The notes under the pieces were generated by a model. That model did not search any database. It was not told the DNA's origin and saw only the letters and a list, made by a program, of their open reading frames with translations. Below are positions 1 to 9,773 of a DNA stretch of 52,467 bases, piece by piece (within the stretch, counting starts at the first letter, position 1; every line of letters starts with the position of its first letter). Where the stretch lies: positions 1 to 52,467 of IMG/VR virus record IMGVR_UViG_3300033153_006994. One strand, written 5' to 3'. Made by a program: the position numbers and the translations under genes. This stretch comes from a virus (lineage: Duplodnaviria > Caudoviricetes).

Positions 1-23
1 AAGGATGGGCTGTAGACCAAGGA

Positions 24-419
24 ATGTTCGCAGAGGGTCACCTAGTTCAGATCATTTTGACCATCCCAGGTCAACCTAAATGGATAAGAAATCACGCTGA
101 TGGATCAATTGAATACAAAAAAAGACTCAACGACTTTGTGCCGCCGAGCCCTATAGATGGGTTCAAACGTGATCCAGAGAACCATTGGCTCTTTCGACCA
201 CTATGGGAATCCTGTTCGTGGCGACATTACACCACAATGCTTAAAACAAAGTGTCAGTGCATTGATGTGCTTGCCAAATGTACAGTCAACGGACATTGGG
301 TAAAGTATAAGGATTGTTTGAAATGTAAGTCAAGACTTCCAATTTCACATTACCCCACGCCTAAAAAGAAGACTCGTGCTACTCTTCGTCAACCAAACCT
401 TGACCATAATTCCAAATAA
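24..419 (+). CDS. Hypothetical Cys-rich protein (start may lie further upstream)
   Basis: 131-aa ORF with several Cys (CQC, CLKC); converges on the late operon. Confidence 0.5.
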   Translation: MFAEGHLVQIILTIPGQPKWIRNHADGSIEYKKRLNDFVPPSPIDGFKRDPENHWLFRPLWESCSWRHYTTMLKTKCQCIDVLAKCTVNGHWVKYKDCLKCKSRLPISHYPTPKKKTRATLRQPNLDHNSK

Positions 420-705
420 GCCAATTACGATAAAGTTTAGCATACATCAATCCCCATTCAGAACCATGAGAGTCGGAATCATTCCCAAACCAAGTCAAAG
501 CATGTGCCCATTCATGAAGTAGGGTATCAATTCGCAATTTGAAGCACTGTTTCTTCACTTTGATCTCAAAGTGGTAATTGACAAAATCACAAGTACCTTG
601 ATCCTCAATGTCGAGTTGGCGGACACGAACTTTCTTAGCTGTTGGAAATTCTCTACGTAGCCAAGCGAGTGTTCTTCGCCATTTAGAATCAACGGTCAAT
701 TTCAT
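379..705 (-). CDS. SprT/ImmA-like zinc metallopeptidase-domain protein
   Basis: HEWAH (HExxH) motif plus downstream HGSEW; AGGAG SD upstream. Confidence 0.65.
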   Translation of the reverse strand: MKLTVDSKWRRTLAWLRREFPTAKKVRVRQLDIEDQGTCDFVNYHFEIKVKKQCFKLRIDTLLHEWAHALTWFGNDSDSHGSEWGLMYAKLYRNWLIWNYGQGLVDEE

Positions 706-727
706 CTCATTCTCCTATGAAAATTAT

Positions 728-760
728 GCCCACCCTGGCTTCATGCCAGGGTGGGCTTTT
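728..760. terminator. Intrinsic terminator after the tail-tip gene, possibly bidirectional
   Basis: GCCCACCCTGGC-ttcat-GCCAGGGTGGGC 12-bp perfect stem with T/A-rich flanks. Confidence 0.8.
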
Positions 761-768
761 GTGATTAG

Positions 769-3648
769 TTAGTTTTGTAACCATGCAGTTCCAGCACCAA
801 ACTTCCCGCCATCTTCATCATACCTGAAATCGTACTCCTTACCATCTGGTTCTTCAGAATTAGCCCACTGGGACTCATCACAATCAACAATGAGTTTACT
901 GTTTTGGTTATCATCCGTAAGAGTCTTGAAGAACGAATCAAGAGTTGCTACAGGTCCATTCTCACCTTGGTCAGAATCAATGATAGGTGTCTTACGAATA
1001 TCAATCCCTACTGTATCATGATCTATTGGACTAAGACCAGCTAGTTCCATATCCTGTTTGTACTGTTGAGATAAATCAGGATCAGGATTAGCTGATACAT
1101 TCAACTCAGCGTATTGGTTGGTGAAGATCACAGGCTGTGCTATAAATCCAACATCAGTAATGGAAGATTCACCATGGTCGGCAGGTCCTGTGAAGACTAC
1201 ATTTGGACCACCAACCCATATGATACCAGAACCCCAATCATCTGGATCAGTGAAGCCAATAGACAAGTAGCCAGTTGCCTCGGTCCCTATCCCATCACCA
1301 CCAGCATATCCATTGATAATATCATTAGTTGTTGGATAAGTGTCATCCACAGTAAGAGCAGATGGCCAAAAGAACTTATACTCTACCATCTCCCCCGAAC
1401 GAACAGGAGTATGGCAGATAAAGTCAATTGTTTGATCATTAGAGTTGTAGGTAGCTTCCTCCACGATAGCTTTCACGGAACCTGTTGAAACATAGTCATG
1501 CGAACCAAAGTCCAACGTAACTGTGTCAAAGGTCTCCAAATTGAGTTTCTGGAGGTACGTCTTAAACCTGATTTTTTTCCAAGTGTTAGCTTTCCGTACC
1601 AACCAAAAAGTTGCTGCTTTTAGCACTATATCAGGCTGATTGAAGCAATAGAAGAAGTAGTCCTCAGTTTGAGTTCCATACTTCTTCACATTGTGGCGAA
1701 GGATCACTTTGTCGGGATCATCTTCATTCCAGGCTATACGCCATTCCACATTCATCTTGGTGACTAAGTCTTCAGTAGAAGTCAATTCAACTTCAATTCC
1801 TTTCTCTGCATCAATATCACTCTGTGTGATAATATCATCGCTGGATGGTTCTTCCGGTAAGTACTTGATATAGAAGACACCATTGGAAGTCCACAAGGCA
1901 CATCTAGCTTGGTAAGCGATCTCTTGCAAAACAGTGAGGGCATTCTTTTTGTCCAAGATGGGAAAGTTCATTGGAAATGGATCGAGTTTTGTACGGATAT
2001 CAGTGAAGCTCGTAGTGTCATATGACAAGTCGGTAAAGTTGTTGATGATATACTGAAGAATGTCACAGGTATGAGGACCTACAGTTGATTCAAAAGTGAC
2101 ATAGAGATCATCTTCCCATCCTTGTTTAGTAATTGTACTAAGAGGCTTGTTCACGGTAATCTCAACCGCTGTAATTGGACCATAGTCAGTCGACTTTACG
2201 GTATAGAGATCAGTAGGAACATTGATGAGCTTTCGTTCATTCTCGAAATTCTTGTATGCCTTCACATCCAAGACAGTACCAGGAACTATACTCGCGACAT
2301 ACTTGATAGGTTCATTTGATTCGATGGTAACTGTTGTCCCAGCTTCTGCCCAATAGTGTTGAGAAATTTGACTAGGACGATTTCCAGATAAATCCCGACC
2401 CGCCGGAATTAAGACAAATCCTTTTGTTTTTATTTCACGAGGGCCAACATTAGTTTTGAAATTCCACCATTGAACAGTTGTAGTAGGTGTAACCGTCGGA
2501 TTACACCATTCTTCAATGTCTGCATCATCTCCTAGTCCAAAACCAGGTTCTGATCCAAAAACACTGGAAATTGTTGCTTCAAGCCATCCAGCAGTTGCAT
2601 CCCCCTTACTAACATAACTATTATAGATTTCTTCTGACTTAGCTTCATTCTCCTCATGAAGTCTATCAGAAATATAGAATAAGTCATCAACAAAATGACC
2701 AGTGAACAAACCTTGTCCAATACGAATAATTATACCTTTATTTTGTGGAAAATCTTCGCCACCAAGAATGCGTATTGGATTACAACCTTCATCAATTGGA
2801 TCAGTAATACTTTGATTCTTGTGGAACTCCGCACAGAATTCATTCTTCCACTTCTGGAATTGCATTTGCACACGCTGGTTCGCTAAATCAGTTGCTTGTT
2901 GGCTTGCCGCAGCAGCCTTCTCACTAGCATCTTTTAGACCTGAACCTGTGTAAGCACTAGCAACACGATTCAAATGGGTTATCTGAAGTGACATCCCAGT
3001 CATCTGGATAGAAAAACTAACGTCATTACCACCCAAGGAAAACGCCGAATTATAGTCTTTCCCACTGATAATACCAACACCACACAAGGTAGTTCCTTTG
3101 ACAGCTTGGTTGAATTGTAGGGCAGGGACATCTTGGACTTTACCGAAGATTATTGGCCAAGCTTTGTCAATTAAATCTTTTGGAATCCAAGGAAACTGAC
3201 CCTCTTCTGCCGAAAACCCTATTTCCTTATCTTCGAGTTGGGAGATGATAGTAAAGGAGACCGTTCGATCTCTTTCGTTCCAGATGATGGGCGAACTGAC
3301 TTTTCCAGCGAAGAGGAGGAATCTGTCAACAAGGTCCATCCCCTCAAACCACTGGTAAACACGCGCGCTCCTTTTGTGGACATCATGAGTGTTGAGGATC
3401 GTTTTGATTGTGCCATCAGTATCGTCCAGGGTTATGGAAATTTCTTGTGAACGGTCATTACCACTGACACTTACTATGTTGTCGAGATCGGTCACCTCTA
3501 GGATTTTTCCCTGGATGCCACCTATCGTCCGGTCAGCATAGAGTTTTGAGCCATCATCCTTGATCCAATCAACTTCTATGATTGTGATCGGTTCATTGCC
3601 GTGTGTGGCAGCAATTTTCGCTAGAGCATTTGCTGAAAGATTACGCAT
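769..3648 (-). CDS. Baseplate hub / tail-tip (Tal-like) protein
   Basis: About 960 aa; last gene of tail module; PIIFG motif and hub-like C-terminal half; start reassigned to ATG at 3648 behind GGAGGT SD. Confidence 0.7.
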   Translation of the reverse strand: MRNLSANALAKIAATHGNEPITIIEVDWIKDDGSKLYADRTIGGIQGKILEVTDLDNIVSVSGNDRSQEISITLDDTDGTIKTILNTHDVHKRSARVYQWFEGMDLVDRFLLFAGKVSSPIIWNERDRTVSFTIISQLEDKEIGFSAEEGQFPWIPKDLIDKAWPIIFGKVQDVPALQFNQAVKGTTLCGVGIISGKDYNSAFSLGGNDVSFSIQMTGMSLQITHLNRVASAYTGSGLKDASEKAAAASQQATDLANQRVQMQFQKWKNEFCAEFHKNQSITDPIDEGCNPIRILGGEDFPQNKGIIIRIGQGLFTGHFVDDLFYISDRLHEENEAKSEEIYNSYVSKGDATAGWLEATISSVFGSEPGFGLGDDADIEEWCNPTVTPTTTVQWWNFKTNVGPREIKTKGFVLIPAGRDLSGNRPSQISQHYWAEAGTTVTIESNEPIKYVASIVPGTVLDVKAYKNFENERKLINVPTDLYTVKSTDYGPITAVEITVNKPLSTITKQGWEDDLYVTFESTVGPHTCDILQYIINNFTDLSYDTTSFTDIRTKLDPFPMNFPILDKKNALTVLQEIAYQARCALWTSNGVFYIKYLPEEPSSDDIITQSDIDAEKGIEVELTSTEDLVTKMNVEWRIAWNEDDPDKVILRHNVKKYGTQTEDYFFYCFNQPDIVLKAATFWLVRKANTWKKIRFKTYLQKLNLETFDTVTLDFGSHDYVSTGSVKAIVEEATYNSNDQTIDFICHTPVRSGEMVEYKFFWPSALTVDDTYPTTNDIINGYAGGDGIGTEATGYLSIGFTDPDDWGSGIIWVGGPNVVFTGPADHGESSITDVGFIAQPVIFTNQYAELNVSANPDPDLSQQYKQDMELAGLSPIDHDTVGIDIRKTPIIDSDQGENGPVATLDSFFKTLTDDNQNSKLIVDCDESQWANSEEPDGKEYDFRYDEDGGKFGAGTAWLQN

Positions 3649-4553
3649 CACTATACCTCCAGTATAGACCTCTGTGAGTTCTCTGTCTGCCAGCGAGACA
3701 ATTGGAAACACAACACCTAACAAAATTTTGTTTTGTCACAGCTTCAATAGATTCAAATTGATGAATGAGATTACCTTTCACATCGGTACACTCGACTAGT
3801 TTGCAAATTTCCATACTGTGTTTAGGTTTCCCTCTTTGAGCATCACCTATACGCCGTTTGGTTTTCTCACTTCGTTTCATACCTAAGTGAGCTTCACCTA
3901 TTTTCCGATGATGTTCTTCAATAGAAAAGAGTATTGTAATTACTATCACAGAGTGGAAGCAAGGGTGATAGTCCTGATTCCCAACGTACTCCGCAGTGAA
4001 CTCCTCCACACCGTCTAGGATTGCGGGTTCGTTCCCGTGCGGCGAGTGATCGGTCATGGGTGCTCTAAGTAGCGAATGCGCCTTTTAGTTTGTCGCTGAG
4101 ACGGTCGGCTATCTCCCGTGTCTGTTCAGCACTGAGTCCACGTTTCTCCAACCTCTCTTTGGCAAACCGTTCATATGAAGTCGATATGTCCGAATCGATC
4201 TCGTAAAAAAGCGGCGCTTCGTTCTGTCGATGCAGCAACCGCGAAGCCTCCAGGTTGGCGAGGGCTTGATCCAGGCCAAGACTCTCTGGAAAGAACCCCT
4301 TGCTGCGAAACGAAAGAAGCCCCAGGTGTTGAGGAAAAGCACTCTTGGTGGCATGGAACGCCCGCTGCACTGCTTCCCGGTTGGCCGTGAAACGGACCGA
4401 TTTGGCACGCAAATGGTGGAGAATAGCCAAAACAATGTCATCCAAATATGCCGAGCCGCCCATCATTGCCTCGTCCTTTCGCAAATTGGGTGTCAGAAGT
4501 GTACAACTAATTTCGGATTCAGGATCACAATAATGATAGACATAGAATTTCAT
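3641..4553 (-). pseudogene. GIY-YIG homing endonuclease disrupted by a foreign insert
   Basis: N-terminal MKFYVYHYCDP at 4553-4510 and C-terminal NUMOD3/NUMOD1-like segment (RKIGEAHLGMKRSEKTKRRIG...HRGLYWRY) at about 3920-3641; catalytic core replaced. Confidence 0.7.
4065..4466 (-). CDS. Hypothetical winged-helix/antitoxin-like protein within a GC-rich insert
   Basis: Own SD-like AAGGACGAGG before ATG at 4466; FFPESLGLDQALANL segment resembles wHTH SocA/Panacea-like proteins (weak). Confidence 0.45.
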   Translation of the reverse strand: MMGGSAYLDDIVLAILHHLRAKSVRFTANREAVQRAFHATKSAFPQHLGLLSFRSKGFFPESLGLDQALANLEASRLLHRQNEAPLFYEIDSDISTSYERFAKERLEKRGLSAEQTREIADRLSDKLKGAFAT

Positions 4554-4948
4554 AGGTGTTCCTCACCCTCGAACTCCAGAGTTATTGTTTGTGATTCACC
4601 ACGGGGCATAGGTGTAATCGCTGGGGCTGCACGATTATCGGTACTCCATTCAAACGGATTATTCACTAGGTGTCCAACCCATACACGATCATTGTGATCA
4701 ATCACTCTAATCTTTGATGCAAAATAGGATTGTATGAATGCTCTTAGTTCGAGTGATTTATTGCGTGTAAGTTTGAAAGTCCATTGAAGCTTACGTCCAC
4801 CCTTTCGTTTGACGTACGTGTATCGTGTACCATCCATAGTATGCTTCATCGAAACTGACACTCTCAAATTCTCAGCATCACCAAACACGGGATTTGGTAA
4901 AATAGAAGTTGTTTGAAGAGAAGGATATGGGGCTTGTAAAGTGAACAT
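4550..4948 (-). CDS. Distal tail (Dit)-like protein
   Basis: 132 aa, upstream of hub; ends ITLEFEGE; paralogous to the middle domain of the 729-aa protein. Confidence 0.6.
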   Translation of the reverse strand: MFTLQAPYPSLQTTSILPNPVFGDAENLRVSVSMKHTMDGTRYTYVKRKGGRKLQWTFKLTRNKSLELRAFIQSYFASKIRVIDHNDRVWVGHLVNNPFEWSTDNRAAPAITPMPRGESQTITLEFEGEEHL

Positions 4949-4951
4949 AAA

Positions 4952-5293
4952 TTACACCTCCCCCTCTGACTTGGGAAACATCTCCTTGATTCTTGTGATA
5001 TTATCCAACCAGATTGTTGTCCCATTGATGGCATCCCAGTATATCATATCAAGTTGATCAGCTATAAGGGGGTATCTTTGCAATCTTTTTTGGATATATT
5101 TCTCTTTGGAATCCTTGTCTTTCTGTAAAACAGTTCTTGGATCAAGAGGACGTGGTTCTCCCGCATCCATGTCCCAAGTAGGAAGTGAATCATTCCATTC
5201 AAACACTTCATACTTTGAGGAATCAAGTCTGAGCAAAGTTTTGATATCATTACTTCGTTCAGCAATACGACCATTTCTCACTGCAAGAAACAT
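4952..5293 (-). CDS. Tail fibre assembly/chaperone-like protein
   Basis: Directly after fibre gene; C-terminal RYPLIADQLDMIYWD...W...I..IKEMFPK motif common in phage fibre-associated proteins. Confidence 0.65.
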   Translation of the reverse strand: MFLAVRNGRIAERSNDIKTLLRLDSSKYEVFEWNDSLPTWDMDAGEPRPLDPRTVLQKDKDSKEKYIQKRLQRYPLIADQLDMIYWDAINGTTIWLDNITRIKEMFPKSEGEV

Positions 5294-5307
5294 GAATCTC
5301 TCCCAAA

Positions 5308-7809
5308 TTAAACAATGACATAACTACCGTCATTATTGCCACCTGTAGCCGGATCAACAGCATCTGAATAGGTTGCAGTAGAAGCATCAATACCTGCCCA
5401 AAAATCGGCATAAAAAGCATTGGTAGCGACATTCTGATCTACATATGCACTAACAGAAGCATCAACGAATGAACCCTTGAGTGAGGTTACTGTATCATCA
5501 CCACTAGATACTGCTTTTACACCTCTGGCATCAACAGCCGATCCAATAGTGGTATAGACACAATTTATTGAAGCTCCAGAAAGTCTTGCCCATCTTACAC
5601 TAAGTACTGCCCCATTCATAGAACTAGAGCATCGGGTGCCACACTTACTTACGAAAGAATAATCAGCAAAGACGAGACCGTTGTTCTGAGCAAGGAGACC
5701 TGTTTGGAAACCAACAACACCTATTGCATTTCCATCAGTATCAAGTGCTCCGATAGTTATTACCGAGCCACTTGTATTCCATACACCATACTTTGCATTA
5801 GTATTGGTTGTGTCATAGTTACCTTCAACGACAAGCCCTCTCCAGTTACCTGCATGATAGGGACCAACTGTTTTGAGACCATTCTGATTATCAAAAGTGA
5901 GAATAGTCTTTATCAATTCGATAGTCATCCCTGTAACTGTTCCGGATGCTTTAGGACCGGTATTTCTGTAGACTATTTGAATAGTGGCTGTTCGAGTCTC
6001 TGATACCCAATCAGAAACATAGTGACATCCATATAAGGCTTCCTTGTTGGTCCCAGCAGTTACCTCTCGTATCGCGATGTAATCTCCCACCGATACGGAT
6101 TTTCCTTCCGGTAACACAAGTGTTACATCATATCGATAGAGACTGCTGAAGCCAAGTGAAGTACCAATACTCCCTATTGTGGTAGTGTCCTGATTAGTAA
6201 TTTGTTCAGAGACACCTTTGAAAGTTACTTGTTTACCAAATGGATGTTGAAATGTGATGGTCCCTTCAGCAAAACTACCTTCTCCGATATCAACAGTAAC
6301 TACATAGTCACCGATGTACATGCCACCAATAAATTCAATAGCTCGTCCAACTGTCAAAAATGGAAAGGATACTGAACCATCACCAGTTGTATCATTCCCC
6401 GTGGTTCTAACATAAACTGTTTCATTGGATGTTAGAGTAATTGGCCATGGAGCAATTTCAATTTCAAACTTATCACCAGGGTCGGCGGTTAAAACGAATT
6501 TCCGTTCAGCACCACTAGCGGAGGGCACCTCTTGAGCAAGAACATCTGCCAAACAAGTTACATTCCAGCTTGCGACACCTGATGCAGATGACGATAATGC
6601 CTGATCATCGGCGGTTGGAGATGGAATGTTGCTTCCTACAACCGTGCCGGTTGTTGACAGGTTTTCATCCGAGAAACTGATCGCTCCAGTGTCGCTGGAG
6701 ATCATAGCTCCATTGATGGTGATATTTTCTACACGCAATTTTCCATCTGTCACTATCAAATCACCTAAGACAACCTCAACTTCACCTGTGTTGTTGACTC
6801 TAAATCTTTCGACTAGAGTGCTTACGACAGAAGTCCTGTCTTGGACAAAGATTCCCCAATGTCCCTCATTGGTGGCACCATTCCAAGTACCATCACATAT
6901 GTACCGTAGAGCACATGTAACACCTTCAGCATTAGTACTGGCATCATTAGTATAATACTGATAGCTCCCAATCAAATCAGGGGTGTCAATTCCACTATCA
7001 TCCCGCGTTGCCTGAAAGATTCCCCCTGTAGGATTCTTTGTTTCAATCATCCCTGATGTTATCAGGTTTTCATTCGAGAAACTGATCACTCCAGTGTTGC
7101 TGGAGATCATAGCCCCATTGATGGTGATATTGTCAACTGTTAAGGATGTGAGTCCAGCTAGGTCAGTTGTCCAAGCAGCCTCTTTATCAGCAGTTGCTTG
7201 TAGGATCTGGCTTACTGCTGAAGGAGCCTCGAAATCCCTGTGCCAATCGAGTGTTATTGGGTCTCTTTGATCAGCATCATTGTTGTAGAAATTTGTCTCA
7301 TCTGTGTAATAATTGATATCCCAACCTGTTTCCCAACCATCTACAATAGCAGTGGCAACTAAAACATCAGAAACTTCAACTATTGAATGGCCCCATTCAG
7401 TTGAAGTTTCTCCAAGCATGATACAGGCTTTTCCTGTATTCCCATTATAACCTACTCGAACCATATCGAAAGGAACTTTGCCGCTCACGATTGCACGAGG
7501 ATATAGCCAACGATCAGGTACTCCATTATATGGTTTACCAAAAACAAATACTTCCCAAGGTCCTGCTCCATCTTGATAGGAGATACCTCTAATCTTAATT
7601 CCTACCAGTGTATTATTGAAAGCAAAAGGAAGATCAATAACTAATGTACCTATCGCTGCCGTTATTGCTGTGTAGTTACTGAATGGCTTACTATAACTGT
7701 AGGCTGAGTCACCATGATTGTGTTTGATGCCTTGAGCTATAGAGAAGAATCCACTAGTTATTAAATCTTCATTTCCAAAACTGATCGCTCCAGTGTCGCT
7801 GGAGATCAT
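5308..7809 (-). CDS. Tail fibre / receptor-binding protein, distal part
   Basis: Repeated NITINGAMISSDTGAISF linkers; VYVRTTGNDTTGDGS...PFLT motif preceding a beta-helix-like C terminus; probably continuous with 7968..9260 across two frame breaks. Confidence 0.75.
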   Translation of the reverse strand: MISSDTGAISFGNEDLITSGFFSIAQGIKHNHGDSAYSYSKPFSNYTAITAAIGTLVIDLPFAFNNTLVGIKIRGISYQDGAGPWEVFVFGKPYNGVPDRWLYPRAIVSGKVPFDMVRVGYNGNTGKACIMLGETSTEWGHSIVEVSDVLVATAIVDGWETGWDINYYTDETNFYNNDADQRDPITLDWHRDFEAPSAVSQILQATADKEAAWTTDLAGLTSLTVDNITINGAMISSNTGVISFSNENLITSGMIETKNPTGGIFQATRDDSGIDTPDLIGSYQYYTNDASTNAEGVTCALRYICDGTWNGATNEGHWGIFVQDRTSVVSTLVERFRVNNTGEVEVVLGDLIVTDGKLRVENITINGAMISSDTGAISFSDENLSTTGTVVGSNIPSPTADDQALSSSASGVASWNVTCLADVLAQEVPSASGAERKFVLTADPGDKFEIEIAPWPITLTSNETVYVRTTGNDTTGDGSVSFPFLTVGRAIEFIGGMYIGDYVVTVDIGEGSFAEGTITFQHPFGKQVTFKGVSEQITNQDTTTIGSIGTSLGFSSLYRYDVTLVLPEGKSVSVGDYIAIREVTAGTNKEALYGCHYVSDWVSETRTATIQIVYRNTGPKASGTVTGMTIELIKTILTFDNQNGLKTVGPYHAGNWRGLVVEGNYDTTNTNAKYGVWNTSGSVITIGALDTDGNAIGVVGFQTGLLAQNNGLVFADYSFVSKCGTRCSSSMNGAVLSVRWARLSGASINCVYTTIGSAVDARGVKAVSSGDDTVTSLKGSFVDASVSAYVDQNVATNAFYADFWAGIDASTATYSDAVDPATGGNNDGSYVIV

Positions 7810-7880
7810 AGCCCCATTGATGGTGATATTGTCAACTGTTAAGGATGTGAGTCCAGCTAGGTCAGTTGTCCAAGCAGCCG
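7079..7880. repeat. Near-identical direct repeats in the fibre gene (7079-7180 and 7779-7880; partial third copy about 6674-6726)
   Basis: About 100 bp with 2 mismatches by eye, 700 bp apart; a further pair at about 6602-6659 and 7962-8019. Confidence 0.9.
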
Positions 7881-7967
7881 TCCCTGCGCCAACTGGCCAG
7901 AACTTGATTGTTTCCTGCCGTGGACCAAGAGGCTACACCAGACGCTGTAGAGATCAACACTTGATCG

Positions 7968-9260
7968 TCAACGGTTGGAGATGGAATGTTGCTTCCTACA
8001 ACAGTGCCGGTTGTTGACAAGGGTGTGTGATCCAAGGTCTACGTTTGCTGTTGCTCCTGTGTACATCACGTACTGAGGATGGTCATTATCACCAAGACCA
8101 GTCAGATTACCGTGGTCACCGATTACCGATCCACCAGAACTTGGTTCATCCGAGATATCACGATAGTCATTTACTTCGATGAGTGAATAATAGGGAGACG
8201 TTTCATTACGTTGCATGATGACACGAGCAACTACTTTTGTCTCTTCTGTTGGCAAATTGCCAAACAGCATATCAGCTAATTGGTTTCCTGATCGGGTCTT
8301 ATTGAGAGTATCTGAAGCCTCTTGACCAGGAACCAACATGACGGGCTCACTTTGATCATGGGTAACAATAACCCAATACACAAAGTATTTTGCCATTCCA
8401 ACAGCTTCCCAACCCCATGTACCATTTAAGGTATTGATCTGGGGAACATTGGTATCCAGATAAACAGGCGTTGTAGATGCTGACATCTTTCGCCAATCAC
8501 CTGATCCTGTTCGATAGAAGATAGGTAGTGATGCTGGGGTTAAGTCTTGCTGCCACATTCCACCAGCAGGACTATCCGTGATGGAGATGTCAATGTCTTC
8601 ATCATAAATATGACCAGCACCAACATCCAAGTTGTCACCATTGATGGCAACACCTAAGCCTGATGCCCAGCGTGTCCCGAAGGTGAAGTGAAGATACTCG
8701 TGTGTTAGTGAGTCCATTACATAGGAGTGGTACTCAGGTCCGATGAGAATCAATAGGTTATTGGTAGCATCCCAGTATCCTATACAGACACCAGCCCAAT
8801 TATCAGCATTGAAATCCCAAATAGTTTGGGAAGCTGTGAGAACACCACTGTCGTTAAAGTAGAAATACCATAACCCTTCATCATCTGTAAAGACCACATT
8901 CTGTTGAGTGGTTTTCGTGTACTTGACACCTTGTACCCAAAACTCGAAATTCGCCCCAGTCGGAGCAATGCTCAAAGTCAAGGTTCCATTATTGACTGAG
9001 ATTGTAGTATCACCTGACATTGCGAAGTCAGGTGTCCATCCAGTCTTGTTATGGTATTGTGGATGGTCATCATCAGTAAGTCCAGTGAGTTCACCATGAT
9101 CGATTGTGTCCCACACAGCATTGCCACCGGCATCCGCTGTGAGGACATAATCTTCTGTTCCACCCGAAGTTGGGAGAGTCCATCCACCGGCATCGAGAGC
9201 TTGTCCCGAAGGCAGTTGCTTAAATTGACCAGCATCAATAACCAAAGGCTTGAAAGACAT
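7968..9260 (-). CDS. Tail fibre, proximal part
   Basis: Two DHG.L.GL.D.DHPQY motifs typical of trimeric fibres; N terminus KPLVIDAGQ shared with the 160-aa neighbour. Confidence 0.75.
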   Translation of the reverse strand: MSFKPLVIDAGQFKQLPSGQALDAGGWTLPTSGGTEDYVLTADAGGNAVWDTIDHGELTGLTDDDHPQYHNKTGWTPDFAMSGDTTISVNNGTLTLSIAPTGANFEFWVQGVKYTKTTQQNVVFTDDEGLWYFYFNDSGVLTASQTIWDFNADNWAGVCIGYWDATNNLLILIGPEYHSYVMDSLTHEYLHFTFGTRWASGLGVAINGDNLDVGAGHIYDEDIDISITDSPAGGMWQQDLTPASLPIFYRTGSGDWRKMSASTTPVYLDTNVPQINTLNGTWGWEAVGMAKYFVYWVIVTHDQSEPVMLVPGQEASDTLNKTRSGNQLADMLFGNLPTEETKVVARVIMQRNETSPYYSLIEVNDYRDISDEPSSGGSVIGDHGNLTGLGDNDHPQYVMYTGATANVDLGSHTLVNNRHCCRKQHSISNR

Positions 9261-9279
9261 AACTCTCCCCTCATTCGTC

Positions 9280-9762
9280 TTATAGAAGGACTGGTTGCGA
9301 AATGGAAATTTCCATCTCAGTAGTGCTTAGACCTTTACCAACACGAATGACATATTTACCAGCCGTTGTTGGTGCTGTGCTGGTAAGTTTACCAGCCGTA
9401 GCATCGCTCAGCCAATAGACATCACCTGCCACTAAACCGCCGGTAAGTCCGGTGATAGCATCCCATTGACCTGTAGTGGCCACCAAAATGCCGTCAGTTT
9501 GAATGTAGCCACTTGCAGAGGCGGCAATAGAAGTTTCCCGGACTAATCCCAGAACTTCAATTGTGCCTGATGCGTCGGCTTGAGCGAGATCAACAGAGCC
9601 ATTTCCATCAGGATAGACCGGGGCACCGATCACAATAGGAGAGGCATTGTTGTTAGTTCTCGATACAATATCGACTTCGGTGACAACAGCATCGAGAGTA
9701 TCGCCAGATTGCAACTGCTCAATCTGACCAGCATTTATTACGAGAGGTTTTCGTTGTGCCAC
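9280..9762 (-). CDS. DUF2190/capsid-cement-like fibre-base protein
   Basis: G.PVY...A.A...GL..G..YWLS...GKLT..P pattern; paralogous to the C-terminal domain of 9774..11963. Confidence 0.6.
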   Translation of the reverse strand: MAQRKPLVINAGQIEQLQSGDTLDAVVTEVDIVSRTNNNASPIVIGAPVYPDGNGSVDLAQADASGTIEVLGLVRETSIAASASGYIQTDGILVATTGQWDAITGLTGGLVAGDVYWLSDATAGKLTSTAPTTAGKYVIRVGKGLSTTEMEISISQPVLL

Positions 9763-9773
9763 TGGATTCTCCT

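Noticed and set aside
3641-4057. 138-aa ORF as a genuine single gene
   Set aside because: Chimera of a truncated foreign gene start and the homing endonuclease C terminus
6602-8019. Diversity-generating retroelement template/variable repeat pair
   Set aside because: Repeats are internal linkers, differences are too few to show an adenine-specific pattern, and no reverse transcriptase is in the window
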